IMG/VR virus record: IMGVR_UViG_3300028840_003906
Source of the DNA: a virus
Length of the DNA stretch: 64,000 nucleotides
Reading direction: 5' to 3' (one strand)
Part shown: piece after piece, positions 24,445 to 34,722 of the stretch
How the letters are laid out: every line of letters begins with the position of its first letter
Numbering within the stretch: the first letter of the stretch is position 1
The notes under the pieces: model-generated
What the model was told of the DNA's origin: nothing
Databases searched by the model: none
Seen by the model: the letters and a program-made list of their open reading frames with translations, nothing else
Program-made: the position numbers and the translations under genes

Positions 24445-25821
24445 ATGGACAGGAGTAGTATCATTCGGGCCTTTTCGAAGGCCGTGAACCGTAAACATGG
24501 TTGCACGATGGGGCTCGCGAGGAACATTGCGAGCGTGGACATTCCGAGGCTCGACACGGGGAGTTTGAGCTTCAATGTGGCGCTTGGAGGTGGCATCCCT
24601 GTTGGGCGTCTGACAATGTTTCGGGGAAAGTACTCGTCTGGAAAGACGACGGAGGCTCTTCGGGTTGCTGCGAACGCGCAGGATCTTTGTGCGAACTGTC
24701 TGCGTCCGGTCGACGATTTCGCGGTGATCGAGTCTGGTGTTGATGACGAAACTGGCGAGGTGATATACGAGGCGATTGGGACCTGTGACTGCTACAGCGA
24801 AGGTCTCTTCAAGCCGGTGCCGTATCCTGAGGAGTATTCGGACCGGATGAAGGGAACGTTCAAGCAGATCGAGATCGAGGTGATGGACGAGAAGTCCGGG
24901 AAGATGAAGAAGAAGAAAACGACTTTGTACAAGGAGCGGCTCAAGAGGTATGAGGAGAATTCATACGAGCCGTATCGCATCGTCTTCTTTGACTTCGAGG
25001 GGACCCTGGATCTGGAGTGGGCGGAGCGCATTGGTGTGGATACGAGGATTTTGCTAGTGGATCGACCTGGTACCGCAGAGGAGGGCATCGACGTGTATGA
25101 CGAGCTACTCCGTACGGGCGCGGTGGACCTCTTCCTGCTCGATTCGATTGCTGCCATGACGCCCAGCGTGGAGATTGAGAAGAGCACGGAGGATGGGCGC
25201 ACACGGGCCGCACAGGCGATCCTAGTGAACCAGTTCGTGCGGAAGATCACTGCTTCGGCCAATGATTGCAAGAAGTTCTATGATCGGTCCGTGACGCAGA
25301 TCTGGATCAATCAGGAGCGCGACAGCATGGATCCGTTCAACCCGAAGACGATGCCGGGTGGGCATGGGCAGGAGTTCGGTGCTTCGGTGATCGTCTCGTT
25401 CTGGCCGAGCAAGTGGAACTCGGACGCCATGGATGATGATGTCAAAAAGGACTTCCAGATTCAGATCGGGAAGGAAGTCCGGCAGAACTTCAAGGTCGAG
25501 AAGAGCAAGGTATCGACTCCGAAGGCGACCGGCATGTTCGTCATGTGTATCAGTGGTGCAGAGTCCGGGCAGATTGATGAGTTCAAATATGTCCTGGATC
25601 AGGGGGAGCGGTATGGGCTCTGGCACGAAGAAGGGAAGGCGCCGAAGAAGAAGTGGTATCTTTCTGATGAGGAGTTCACGAAAAAGGCGTCGCTCCTGGC
25701 TCGGGTTCGGGAGCCAGAAGTTTTCAAGTCGATGAAGAAGGAGCTTCTGAGAAGGATGCTCGAAAAGATCAAGGGAACGGCAGAGGGAATCGAAAGGGAA
25801 GCCGAGAATGCCGAAGGGTAG
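24445..25821 (+). CDS. recA: RecA/UvsX recombinase with internal insertion
   Basis: LDTGSLSFNVALGGGIPVGRLT, Walker A GKYSSGKT, FFDFEGTLD, LFLLDSIAAM, WINQER, PGGHG. Confidence 0.92.
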   Translation: MDRSSIIRAFSKAVNRKHGCTMGLARNIASVDIPRLDTGSLSFNVALGGGIPVGRLTMFRGKYSSGKTTEALRVAANAQDLCANCLRPVDDFAVIESGVDDETGEVIYEAIGTCDCYSEGLFKPVPYPEEYSDRMKGTFKQIEIEVMDEKSGKMKKKKTTLYKERLKRYEENSYEPYRIVFFDFEGTLDLEWAERIGVDTRILLVDRPGTAEEGIDVYDELLRTGAVDLFLLDSIAAMTPSVEIEKSTEDGRTRAAQAILVNQFVRKITASANDCKKFYDRSVTQIWINQERDSMDPFNPKTMPGGHGQEFGASVIVSFWPSKWNSDAMDDDVKKDFQIQIGKEVRQNFKVEKSKVSTPKATGMFVMCISGAESGQIDEFKYVLDQGERYGLWHEEGKAPKKKWYLSDEEFTKKASLLARVREPEVFKSMKKELLRRMLEKIKGTAEGIEREAENAEG

Positions 25822-26192
25822 AAGAAAAAGGGTCGGAGACTTCCGGGTTGGGGACAAGGTTGAGGTGAAGGGGGTCGAAGCGAAGGTGGTCGCCTTCCCG
25901 ACCAGGAGGACAGCAGTTGTCGAGTCAAGTGGGGTAGTCAAGGAAGTCTCGACGCTAGATCTGGAGAAAAGAGAAGGCGATGAAGATTGAGCTGAGGGCC
26001 GTGAAAAGGGGGGACCGTGTTCAAAAGCTCCTGGGGCGCGGAGGGGTTGTCGGTGTTGGCGCTCCGGAGGATGGAGTGATCGTCAGCGTGAAGCACGGGC
26101 ATCGGGTGTATGTCCCGTTTTCCGAGATAGATCATGTCCGTTCATGTGGCGGCATGGTTACTTTCGAACAAATCCAAAATGAAGAAGCCTAA
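25808..26192 (+). other. two small SH3/KOW-like hypothetical ORFs (25808-25990, 25980-26192)
   Basis: FRVGDKVEV and VKRGDRVQ beta-rich starts; overlapping chain. Confidence 0.45.
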
Positions 26193-26559
26193 TAGGTATC
26201 TACAGGGTCCGAGCGAGAACCCGGACGGGCAAGAGGCGCGTATTGCCGATCGGTTTGGCGGGAAGAAGGTCGCTGGATCTGGATCGTCCAAGTACAGCAA
26301 GGGTGACGTTCGGGATGTCGAGTGGTCTCCTGTGGACGATTTGGACAGGATAGAGTTTCTGGTCGAGTGCAAGCAGACGATTCATGCGAGCCTTTCGGTG
26401 AAGTGGGAGTGGCTTCGGAAGATCTCCAGGGAGGCGAACGCTGTGGGCGGTGAGCCTGCTCTGGCGATTGAGATCAAGGGTGGCGTGGATGATCCGATGG
26501 TGGACAGGGACTGGGTGATGGTCCCGGCGCGTGTTTTTGAGAAGTTGAAGCGAACTTGA
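26179..26559 (+). CDS. Hjc-like PD-(D/E)xK Holliday-junction resolvase
   Basis: QEARIA...AGSGS..YSKGDV...FLVECK...WLRKI.REA...EPALAI. Confidence 0.75.
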   Translation: MKKPNRYLQGPSENPDGQEARIADRFGGKKVAGSGSSKYSKGDVRDVEWSPVDDLDRIEFLVECKQTIHASLSVKWEWLRKISREANAVGGEPALAIEIKGGVDDPMVDRDWVMVPARVFEKLKRT

Positions 26560-26565
26560 GTTCGT
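26550..26565. promoter_or_regulatory. palindrome copy 4
   Basis: GCGAACTTGAGTTCGT, contains the stop codon of the Hjc-like gene. Confidence 0.85.
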
Positions 26566-26641
26566 TTTAGGAGTTGAATAAACAGCCAAAGTGTGGCAAT
26601 ACTCTTGTTTCGGATCACTGCCGATGATGGCGGGAGGAAGC

Positions 26642-28797
26642 ATGGCCGACGCAGAAAAATGTCCAGAGTGTGGTGAGCCTGCTGTGGCTCGGTGTGGGTG
26701 TCCGATCAGAGAGCGTGTTTGCGCGAATCGGCACTACTGGCACACTTGCCCGGTGCACGGGACGATTGTGAATGATATCGGGGATCACAAGAATCCATGC
26801 GCGTGTACGTGCGGGAGGGGTGACAATGATGAATGATGAGAATGGATTGTGTGGATTTTGTCGGGCTGATCTGTCGAATCTTGAGTCGTCCGAGAAGGTT
26901 CAAATGGGAGGAAGTTGCCATCTGACGGGCGAGTTTAGCTTCTTCGTCTGCAAGAGGTGCTTCGATGAAAAGATAGATGACGGCGGTGGCGTGTCTGTTG
27001 GTGATTCTGCTCCATGGAGAGAGTATGACCACGAAGGGAAAGCCGAATCGGGAGAAGAGTAAGTCTCCGAGGCATAGCCTTCACTGGTGCTACGCTTGTG
27101 ATCTGGCGTTGGTGGGAGATGGGCAGAAGTGCCCGAACTGCGGAACGAGAAACCTTCCGAAGAGGAGGAAGAAGTGAGTTTTCCTGACAATCCAAAGCGT
27201 CCACTGAGGCGGATCATTACGGAGTCGATGTTCGATTTCGGCTTCTGTGACTTCTGCGGGAGTTCCCTGAAGAGTCGATTCATCTTCTTCGGTTCTCGTG
27301 GTTGCGTGCAGCCTCTTTGCGAGAACTACTACCGGAGGGATCGCCAGGCCACCGTTCGTTGTCCTTGGTGCGGAGACGATACGGTGGTCGAAAAGGGGAA
27401 AGATGGGCGCTGTACATGGTGTGGAAACTATCATAGGTGGGAAGGCGACCGGCTGATGTGGAATCAGGTCAAAGGGTAGCATGGGCAACATGAGAAGATT
27501 GGAAAAGATGTATGGAGGGTACGACGGGGACAAGTGTTCGAATGTGTACCGGTCTACCCACCAGCTTGAAATGTGTGGGTATGGCCCTGATGAAATACAT
27601 CCTGTCTCTGTGAGAGAGGCGGCGGAAGGAGAGCAGGAGACGCATTGGGGTTGGGAGAGTTCGGAAGATCGCTCGTGGAGCATGATATGGCCGCATCTCA
27701 CGCAACTTGAAATGTGTTTCACTTACGGGATTGAGGCTGCCGAGTCTTCTGGTAGTGGGCGTCGCGTCCGGCTGGTTGTTGATCGGACAAAGTGAAAGGG
27801 CTGTGCGATGGTGAAGATGAGTTGCTCAGAGTGTAGCATCGAAGGCGTCGCTGGCTTGAGCATTGGATTCAGGGCAGAAGTAGACCAGGATGCTGTACAT
27901 GAAGCTGGCGGGTTTTCTGGCGCCAAGGATGATGATGGTGTTGGAGCTTCGCTCGTTATAACCCGCATGGTTACGGAGGCGGATGTTCCTGACGAGGAGT
28001 TTTACGATTGGGCCAGGGGTGAGATGGAACTCCAGGACAGCGGGGCCTTCAGTGTATGTCCACCTGCTGGCGAGGTCATAACGGTTTTTAAGCAGAGAAG
28101 GTTTGCGTGGCCCAGGGTCTATGAGTTCAATGATTCATACGTCGAGAAGGCCACGCCATCCGATGACGGAGAGCGGATGGAGGCTATATTTAAATACTCC
28201 AGCATGAAGGAATGGCCCTGGTACCGTGCTGCCTGGTGGTGGGTGAAGAGCTGGTTCGGGAGGTAGGAATGGGTGTGATCGGCTACTTGAAGTACCTGTT
28301 CGGAAAGGACAGCCGCACCGACTACGAGCGGGCGGTTGGCCTCGGCCTGACGGACAAGAACCGCTGGGAGGATGACATCGATCATCATCCGATGTCCGAG
28401 CGTCTGATGGCGTTTCTGAAGGATCACGACTTTCAGGATTACGATGACTTCTTTTGCTGGAAGTCTGGTGGTGACGGGGACAACGGGGAGGTTCTCATGT
28501 ACGAGATGGATGCTTTTTTCGAGCTGATGGAAAAAGGAGGATGATTCCATGATCAAAGCTGGGATGACACCGTTGAATCCAGAAGTGGTTCTGGATCGTG
28601 ACAGTAGAAGGCTCCTGTTCCACTGCAAGCTGAAGATTCAGCGTGAGGACAATTGCATCGAGGTATCGGCCAACTCGGGTACCCCAGAGGGGGCCGTGGA
28701 TGGTGTCGAGTTGGCCATCAAGAATCTGCTCGGAGCAGCGACTGTCGAGCTGAAGGAGTGGCGCGAGATCGTGATGAAAGACAAGGCTGGTGACTGA
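26642..28797 (+). other. run of short hypothetical ORFs, several with CxxC pairs (26642-26836, 26826-27062, 27174-27479, 27481-27795, 27808-28266, 28269-28544, 28549-28797)
   Basis: Closely packed + strand ORFs with RBS-like purine tracts; no family recognised. Confidence 0.55.
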
Positions 28798-29334
28798 ATG
28801 GGCAGGGTGAGAAAACATCCGAGGTTCGGTCCAGTGTGCATGTGTGACTGCCACAAGGATGGAACAGACATTCGCGAGTTTATGCCGTGCTGCATGCTGT
28901 ACCGGGCGAAGTATATCAACGCGGACGGGACGCTGGACGAGGAGCGGCTGCTGGCGATCTACGAGGAGCGTGGCATTCCTCTGTGGACATGGAGAGATCA
29001 CCTCCGGTCCTGGTGGAGGGGGACCTGGATCTTCAAGAGGTGGGACCGGTGGATGTGGTTCCGTCGCCTCAGGAGGTTTAGGATGCCCGCGATTCGGAAG
29101 GCATACCCTTGTTTGAACGCGGACGATATCGTGAGCACGCAGCCGATGGCAGTCCCTGTGGTGGGAGTAGGCTTTGGTGCAAGTGGGACGATCAAGAAGT
29201 CCCATGTTCGCGAAGATGGGGTGCGCGTGATTGATGATTTCGATCTCAAGACGGTGAGCATTGTGAGTGAGGATCAGTTGTTGGATCCTCGTTGTGCGAT
29301 TGAGTATGGAGAAGAGGATGGGCGACAAAAGTAA
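28798..29334 (+). CDS. hypothetical protein containing a T4 gp23-like motif
   Basis: MPAIRKAYPCLNADDIVSTQPMAVP. Confidence 0.5.
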   Translation: MGRVRKHPRFGPVCMCDCHKDGTDIREFMPCCMLYRAKYINADGTLDEERLLAIYEERGIPLWTWRDHLRSWWRGTWIFKRWDRWMWFRRLRRFRMPAIRKAYPCLNADDIVSTQPMAVPVVGVGFGASGTIKKSHVREDGVRVIDDFDLKTVSIVSEDQLLDPRCAIEYGEEDGRQK

Positions 29335-30064
29335 GATTCACTGGACAGATGCGACGTGGAACCCAGTGACTGGGTGTGCCAGGGTTTCGGGTGGGTGTTG
29401 GAACTGCTACGCGGAGAAGATGCACAAACGACTCCGGGCTATGGGGAGTGAGAAGTACAATCACGATTTCAGTGAGGTTCGATGTCACGATGACGAGAAG
29501 CTGCTTTCTCAGCCAGCGCGATGGGCGAAGCCTCGCAGGATCTTCGTGAACTCGATGGGGGATTTGTTTCACCCGGATGTTCCGTTCGAATTCATGGACA
29601 AGGTTTACCAGGCTATGATGGCCGGTCCGCAGCACACTTATCAGGTACTCACGAAGAGAGCTGGTCGGATGAAGGCATATTTGGATTCTGCTCCGTTCGA
29701 TGTTCCAGGGAATATCCATCACGGTGTGACCGTAGAGAACGACTTCAATACTGATCGGATAGACACTCTGCGGCGCACCAGGTGTCCGGTCAAGTTCGTT
29801 TCTTTCGAGCCGCTTCTGAGGTTGATCGGGTTTGTTGATTTGAACGGGATCGACCAGGTCATCATCGGTGGAGAGAGTGGTCCCGGGGCGCGTGAGATGA
29901 GAGAAGTTTGGGCTGAGTCGATCGTGGCAGAGGCGGATCGGGACGGTGCCAAGGTTTTCATGAAGCAGTTTGGAACCTTCTGGGCTAATGAAAACTGTCT
30001 CAAGGGCAAGGGTGATGACATGGCGTCTTGGCCCAGCTGGGCAAAGCGCAGGGAGCAGATCTGA
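29318..30064 (+). CDS. DUF5131 (phage Gp37/Gp68) family protein
   Basis: SKIHWTDATWNPVTGCARVSGGCWNCYA, IFVNSMGDLFH, YQVLTKR, FVSFEPLL, IIGGESG. Confidence 0.92.
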   Translation: MGDKSKIHWTDATWNPVTGCARVSGGCWNCYAEKMHKRLRAMGSEKYNHDFSEVRCHDDEKLLSQPARWAKPRRIFVNSMGDLFHPDVPFEFMDKVYQAMMAGPQHTYQVLTKRAGRMKAYLDSAPFDVPGNIHHGVTVENDFNTDRIDTLRRTRCPVKFVSFEPLLRLIGFVDLNGIDQVIIGGESGPGAREMREVWAESIVAEADRDGAKVFMKQFGTFWANENCLKGKGDDMASWPSWAKRREQI

Positions 30065-30160
30065 TGGTGATGGGAACGATTGGTGGAGTTGCAGCTGCCG
30101 TGATACTGGTGTGGCTCGTCTGGGTTGAGTTGAAAGAGAAACGAAAGAAAGAGGAGAGAG

Positions 30161-30724
30161 ATGCAGCAAAAAGAGAAAGAAGCCCTGAGTGATATTCTTT
30201 TCGGTGATGGGAGGAAGGCTACGGCTGACGAGATCGTCGTCGGCGTGTCTCGACTGAAGGAGGCATCTGCAGGTCAGGCCAAGATCATTCAGGGGCTGAA
30301 GGAGAACATCCGCGCCAAGGATGTGGAGATCGACAGGCTTACGATCCAGGCCAATGCGGCGAAGGCATCTGGTGCCGCGAAGCATGAGGAGGTTCTTGCT
30401 CAGCTCAGGGAGTTCTACGGGAATGGCCTGACTTGGGACAACCTCGTCGAGATCGCCGGAGGAGCCGTCACACACCTTCGATCGCAGAAGATGCTCATGG
30501 AGGCTGCCGACACCGAGATGCGGCGCCTGAAGCGCATTGTCGAGGGGATGCCGGGCGAAGAGGCGTCGAACCATGGAAGCATTCCGGATTTGAAGGAGCC
30601 ACCGAGTGCGACCATCTTCGAGCATCGCCTGAGTCGCCTGGAGGATGATCTGGCTGTCTTTCGCATGGCTGGAAGGGCGATCTCGCGCTTTTTCGATCTG
30701 GACTCAAGGGGGCAGAAAGAGTAG
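30161..30724 (+). CDS. coiled-coil hypothetical protein
   Basis: RBS GAGGAG; helical composition. Confidence 0.6.
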   Translation: MQQKEKEALSDILFGDGRKATADEIVVGVSRLKEASAGQAKIIQGLKENIRAKDVEIDRLTIQANAAKASGAAKHEEVLAQLREFYGNGLTWDNLVEIAGGAVTHLRSQKMLMEAADTEMRRLKRIVEGMPGEEASNHGSIPDLKEPPSATIFEHRLSRLEDDLAVFRMAGRAISRFFDLDSRGQKE

Positions 30725-30758
30725 ACTCAAGCCTGCTGGGGATTACAATCCCATAGGT

Positions 30759-30774
30759 GCGAACTTGAGTTCGT
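30759..30774. promoter_or_regulatory. palindrome copy 5
   Basis: GCGAACTTGAGTTCGT, upstream of the ASCH-like start. Confidence 0.85.
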
Positions 30775-30800
30775 TGCTGCTGACACAGGAGGAGTTGCAG

Positions 30801-31184
30801 ATGTTCAGTTGTACGAGGACCGAAACCAAACTCATCATGGAAGAGAAGGCCGCTGGCATCGTTCGGAGGTATCCGAAGGGGGAGTGTCCGTACAAGGTCG
30901 GTGATGAGATCGCTTTCACGTCCCGGTTCATTCCCTGGATGAGGGATGACAAGTCGGTTCCCTTTGCGAAGGCGACGATCACGAGCCTTCGTCCGGGGAC
31001 GGTGGATCAGTTTCGGAAGGACAACAAGATGGCCGAGCATGACGGGTTTGCCAATGGGAACACTTGGCACGGCCATCTGAATCAGTTCTACCGTGGAATC
31101 AAGGACGGCGAGTCGGTGTACCACATCTCTTTCCGTCTGACCGAGGTGGACAAGCAGGCCGGGCAGCAGAGGGATCCCGGCTAG
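30801..31184 (+). CDS. ASCH/PUA-like domain protein
   Basis: K..GIVRR...YKVGD...FAKATITSL...AEHDGF...FY...VYHISF. Confidence 0.6.
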   Translation: MFSCTRTETKLIMEEKAAGIVRRYPKGECPYKVGDEIAFTSRFIPWMRDDKSVPFAKATITSLRPGTVDQFRKDNKMAEHDGFANGNTWHGHLNQFYRGIKDGESVYHISFRLTEVDKQAGQQRDPG

Positions 31185-31271
31185 TAGACTCTGTTGAAAA
31201 GTTGAGTTTGATGTCGGCATGGATTGCCGGTGGGAGGTTGTATGCTCGGACAGTTTACGAGAGATCAGAAC

Positions 31272-32360
31272 ATGCCGGAATGTCCGTATGAGTCGTCGAC
31301 GAAGGTCGCCGATTCGATCAAGGTGTACTGGCATGAGAAAGGGTGGGTTCAAAATGTCACCCTGGATCCGAAGGACAAGATCTGGAAGGAGTGGTGGATC
31401 GGGGCGTCAGGTCTCCACAACGCGTGCCCGCGCATGTACGCTCTCATGTGTGCGGCTGGGTATGCGGGGGAGTTGAAGGCAGGGTTGGTGCCTCCGGGAA
31501 GTCTCTGGAACTTCGCCCAGGGGCACATGTACCACGATCTCTTTCAGTATCGGATCCTTCCGTCGTTCCCTGGGGCGATGCTGCTCGGGAAGTGGGAGCG
31601 GATGGTTTCTGGGACAGGGGAGGGGGTTCGCCACACTCCTAGCGAGGGATGTAGCGTCAGGTCAAAGGTGATGGTCAAGGAGGAGACCCAGTTCGTGAAC
31701 GAGGTTCCGGATGGTGTTCTTCTTGAGCGGGGTTGGGGGCCGAAGCCGCCGGGGGACGGATGGAAGTACTCTGAGCCGAAGGTCAGGATTCCGGATCTTC
31801 GTGCGGTTATCAAGTTGGATGGGATTGTCGACTGGAATCAGGACGGAGACCTGGAGATCCAGGAGATCAAGACCGAGAAGGAGAGTGCCAGGGAGGACCT
31901 GCACCCGTCGTTCGGTGGGAGGCCGCGTCAGAAGCATGTTGAGCAAGTGAACCTGGCCATGCTTGGGACTGGAATCGACCGTGCTCGAATCATCTACGTG
32001 TTCAAGGGGGCTGACTATCTCGGCGGATCCACCGTCGAGTGGATCATCCCCAGGGACGAGGCGGTTATTGATCAGATCAAGGACCGGCTGAAAGAAAGCG
32101 TGGACACTGTTCGGTCTCTGCACGAGGAGAGAGATCGGATTGTTCCGCTTGTCTGTGAGGAGATGCGTCCGGGTGAGGAGGTTCTTCCGTTTGTGGATTT
32201 GAATGGAGATTTGCGGGAGGAAGTTGGTCGAAGGCTGAAGGTCGTCGCGCAGGGGATCGAGAAGCTTCCGGAGTGCAAGCTGAAGTCGAAGGGGCGCCCG
32301 AAATATTGCGATGGGCGAGACCTCTGCTTCGGGGTGAGGAAGAGAAAAAAGAAGATCTGA
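31272..32360 (+). CDS. PD-(D/E)xK (Cas4/RecB-like) exonuclease
   Basis: GASGLHNACPR, GHMYHDLFQ, IKLDGIVD...EIQEIKT, QVNLAM, ARIIYV, terminal Cys pair. Confidence 0.75.
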   Translation: MPECPYESSTKVADSIKVYWHEKGWVQNVTLDPKDKIWKEWWIGASGLHNACPRMYALMCAAGYAGELKAGLVPPGSLWNFAQGHMYHDLFQYRILPSFPGAMLLGKWERMVSGTGEGVRHTPSEGCSVRSKVMVKEETQFVNEVPDGVLLERGWGPKPPGDGWKYSEPKVRIPDLRAVIKLDGIVDWNQDGDLEIQEIKTEKESAREDLHPSFGGRPRQKHVEQVNLAMLGTGIDRARIIYVFKGADYLGGSTVEWIIPRDEAVIDQIKDRLKESVDTVRSLHEERDRIVPLVCEEMRPGEEVLPFVDLNGDLREEVGRRLKVVAQGIEKLPECKLKSKGRPKYCDGRDLCFGVRKRKKKI

Positions 32361-32434
32361 CGGATGTAGCAGCTGTCCGCTGGTGTTATAATACTCCTGC
32401 TGAATTGCGTTCTCAATCTGATGCAGGAGTCCAC

Positions 32435-32665
32435 ATGAAAACCGAGGACAGCGGGAAATTCGTTAGGCATGTCGAGACCCCCATGGGGGGAGGATACAAG
32501 GTCGTTCAATCGAAGAAGAGCGGCGAGAATCTGATCGAGGTTTCGTATTTTGATAGGTATGGAGTTGAGCACAAGGAGCGGCATCTCGTTAAAGGAGAGA
32601 GCTTCTGGAGAAGGTTGCTGGATGGTTTTTTGGCGATTCTGAAGTGGATCGCGAGAAGGTTGTAG
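32435..32665 (+). CDS. hypothetical protein
   Basis: ATG after GGAG. Confidence 0.5.
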   Translation: MKTEDSGKFVRHVETPMGGGYKVVQSKKSGENLIEVSYFDRYGVEHKERHLVKGESFWRRLLDGFLAILKWIARRL

Positions 32666-33196
32666 ATGAAATACTACATGGGGTTGGATCTTTCGGTCAC
32701 AGCATGCGGTTGCGTGCTCATGGATGAGGACGGGGATGTCCTTGAAAGCGGGGCGTGGGGCTGGAAGCTCCCGAGAGATGCCTCGGTCAAGGAGAAGGTC
32801 GAGCGGCTCGTTTATATCGCAGGTGAGATCCTGTCGATTGGAAACAAGGCCAACGATCGCGGGGAGCTGTTTGCTGCGATCGAGAACTACGCCTTCGGTG
32901 CCCGGGGTGCCCAGAACGATCTCGGCGAGATCCATGGAACCGTGAAGACGCAGTTGTACTTGTCGTTGAGCTTGTACCCGGAGATGGTTTCTCCCGCGTC
33001 TGCCAGGAAGCGGGTCCTTGGAAAAGGGCGATTCTCGAAGGGTACGAAGGGGAAGAAGGAAATCGTTGCTGCCGTGCAGGAGCGCGGCTTTTGTGTGGAT
33101 GACCACAACATTGCAGATGCATGGGTGGTCGCTGAGTTTTTGCGGTTGAAGCAAAAGGAGATGAAAGATGGCAAAGGGAAAAGCGAAGAAGGTTGA
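32666..33196 (+). CDS. ruvC: RuvC-like Holliday-junction resolvase
   Basis: YMGLDLS, AAIENY, LGEIHG, DHNIADA acidic tetrad. Confidence 0.85.
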   Translation: MKYYMGLDLSVTACGCVLMDEDGDVLESGAWGWKLPRDASVKEKVERLVYIAGEILSIGNKANDRGELFAAIENYAFGARGAQNDLGEIHGTVKTQLYLSLSLYPEMVSPASARKRVLGKGRFSKGTKGKKEIVAAVQERGFCVDDHNIADAWVVAEFLRLKQKEMKDGKGKSEEG

Positions 33197-34016
33197 CGAA
33201 GGAAAGAAGGCGGACCTGGCGGTTGTCGGCGAGGGCCAGGAGGATGGGCAGGTTGTCGAGCATGCCGAAGTCAGGGAAACGATCCTGAACCTTCTCAAGG
33301 AGACGGAGAACAAGACCTGGGATCTCGGTGTGGCCATGGAGATGGCGTACTCGAACGACATGTACCGGAGCTGGGGTTTCGAGAGCTGGAAGAAGTACGT
33401 CGAGGATGAGCTGCAGATTCATATTCGGAAGGCGCAGTTCTTGCTGAAGTTGCAGAAGTGGTTCAAGGACATGCCGTCTCAGATCCAGGAGTGGATCCGG
33501 GGGCTCGGGTGGACCAAGGCTCGTATGCTCATGCACGCTGTGACCGTCGAGAACGCCGCCGAGTGGCGTGACAAGGTCGAGGGCAAGACGGTGTCCGAGA
33601 TCGACAAGATGCTCAAGGAGGCGAAGGTATCCGGCGAACTCGAAGAGGAAGAAGGTGAAGATGGGGATGGCGGCAAGAAGAAGGAGGATGTTGCCAAAAA
33701 GAAGAGCTTCAGCTTGTTTCCGCAGCAGGACGAGAACGTCGATCGCGCGCTGGACAAGGCGATGGAGATCTCTGGCAGTGAGAAGCCAGGAAACAATCTG
33801 GATCTGATCTGCACCGAGTTCCTCGCAAACAACGTCGACATCAACTCTGTCCAGGAGCACCTCAAGGCGCAGGAGCGCATGCTCGGCCTCAAGATCGTCG
33901 CGTATTCCGAGGCGGAAGATCGTATCGTCTTCGGTTCCGATCTCATCAAAGCGATGGAAGAGATGGACAAGCGTGACGAGGCCCGTGAGACGGACGCCGA
34001 CTACGCGGACCAGTAG
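33168..34016 (+). CDS. conserved phage hypothetical protein, possibly DNA-binding
   Basis: YRSWGFESWKKYVEDEL.I..RKAQFL...LGWTKAR. Confidence 0.65.
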   Translation: MAKGKAKKVDEGKKADLAVVGEGQEDGQVVEHAEVRETILNLLKETENKTWDLGVAMEMAYSNDMYRSWGFESWKKYVEDELQIHIRKAQFLLKLQKWFKDMPSQIQEWIRGLGWTKARMLMHAVTVENAAEWRDKVEGKTVSEIDKMLKEAKVSGELEEEEGEDGDGGKKKEDVAKKKSFSLFPQQDENVDRALDKAMEISGSEKPGNNLDLICTEFLANNVDINSVQEHLKAQERMLGLKIVAYSEAEDRIVFGSDLIKAMEEMDKRDEARETDADYADQ

Positions 34017-34115
34017 TCCTTTCCGGTTTTCGGTTGCGCCTGGAATCTATTCCTGATAAAGATCGATCTAGAAGGTTGATGTCTGGGCTTCGGCCCGTGC
34101 TTCAGGGAGGATGTC

Positions 34116-34586
34116 GTGGGAGAACCGACCGGGTCGATTTCAGTCCAACCAGGGGCCGCTATTGCAGGGGCGGAACCGATCGCATCAGCGCCACAGGGCA
34201 CCCACGAATGTACAGGATGTAGGTACGAGGAGAAGATCGACAAGGGTCCTCTGGGCCTCACTCGTGATACCTGGGCGAAGCTCATCATCTGGTTCATTCC
34301 CATGGTGTTCTTTGCCGGTGGGACCTTCGTTTCGATGAGGAACTTGACCGAGAAAGTTGGGGACCACGGGGATGCGATCGAGAATGTTCGATCCGCCCAA
34401 ACTGATGTCGAGAAGACGCAGGTCCAGCACGAAGCCACCATCAGCGCAATCCAAGAGACACAAAAAGAATTGAAGGGGTCGGTCAAGGCGATCGACAACA
34501 AGCTCGACAACCATGGGAAGATCCTGAGCGCCATGGAGGTTCGCTTCAAGTTGGATACGGGGCGAGCCGGGGGTAGTGTCGAGTAG
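34116..34586 (+). CDS. single-TM coiled-coil protein
   Basis: WAKLIIWFIPMVFFAGGTFV followed by heptad region. Confidence 0.55.
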   Translation: MGEPTGSISVQPGAAIAGAEPIASAPQGTHECTGCRYEEKIDKGPLGLTRDTWAKLIIWFIPMVFFAGGTFVSMRNLTEKVGDHGDAIENVRSAQTDVEKTQVQHEATISAIQETQKELKGSVKAIDNKLDNHGKILSAMEVRFKLDTGRAGGSVE

Positions 34587-34587
34587 G

Positions 34588-34603
34588 GCGAACTCAAGTT
34601 CGT
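34588..34603. promoter_or_regulatory. palindrome copy 6
   Basis: GCGAACTCAAGTTCGT, just after a stop, upstream of the MTase. Confidence 0.85.
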
Positions 34604-34722
34604 TTTTCCATTGTAAGAAGGTTGGCTGGATGCTACGATGCTCCTGGGTTGAGGAGTGTCCATGTTGATGTTTGACCGTTCATTGCCCGGGATCCCGGGC
34701 GATCCAAAGACAGGAGAATGAG

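Noticed and set aside
24682-24975. Intein in RecA
   Set aside because: No C/S start with terminal His-Asn followed by C/S/T; no LAGLIDADG or Hint motifs.
31272-32360. Cas4 as evidence of a CRISPR-Cas system
   Set aside because: Stand-alone PD-(D/E)xK nuclease among recombination genes; no cas1/cas2 or array.
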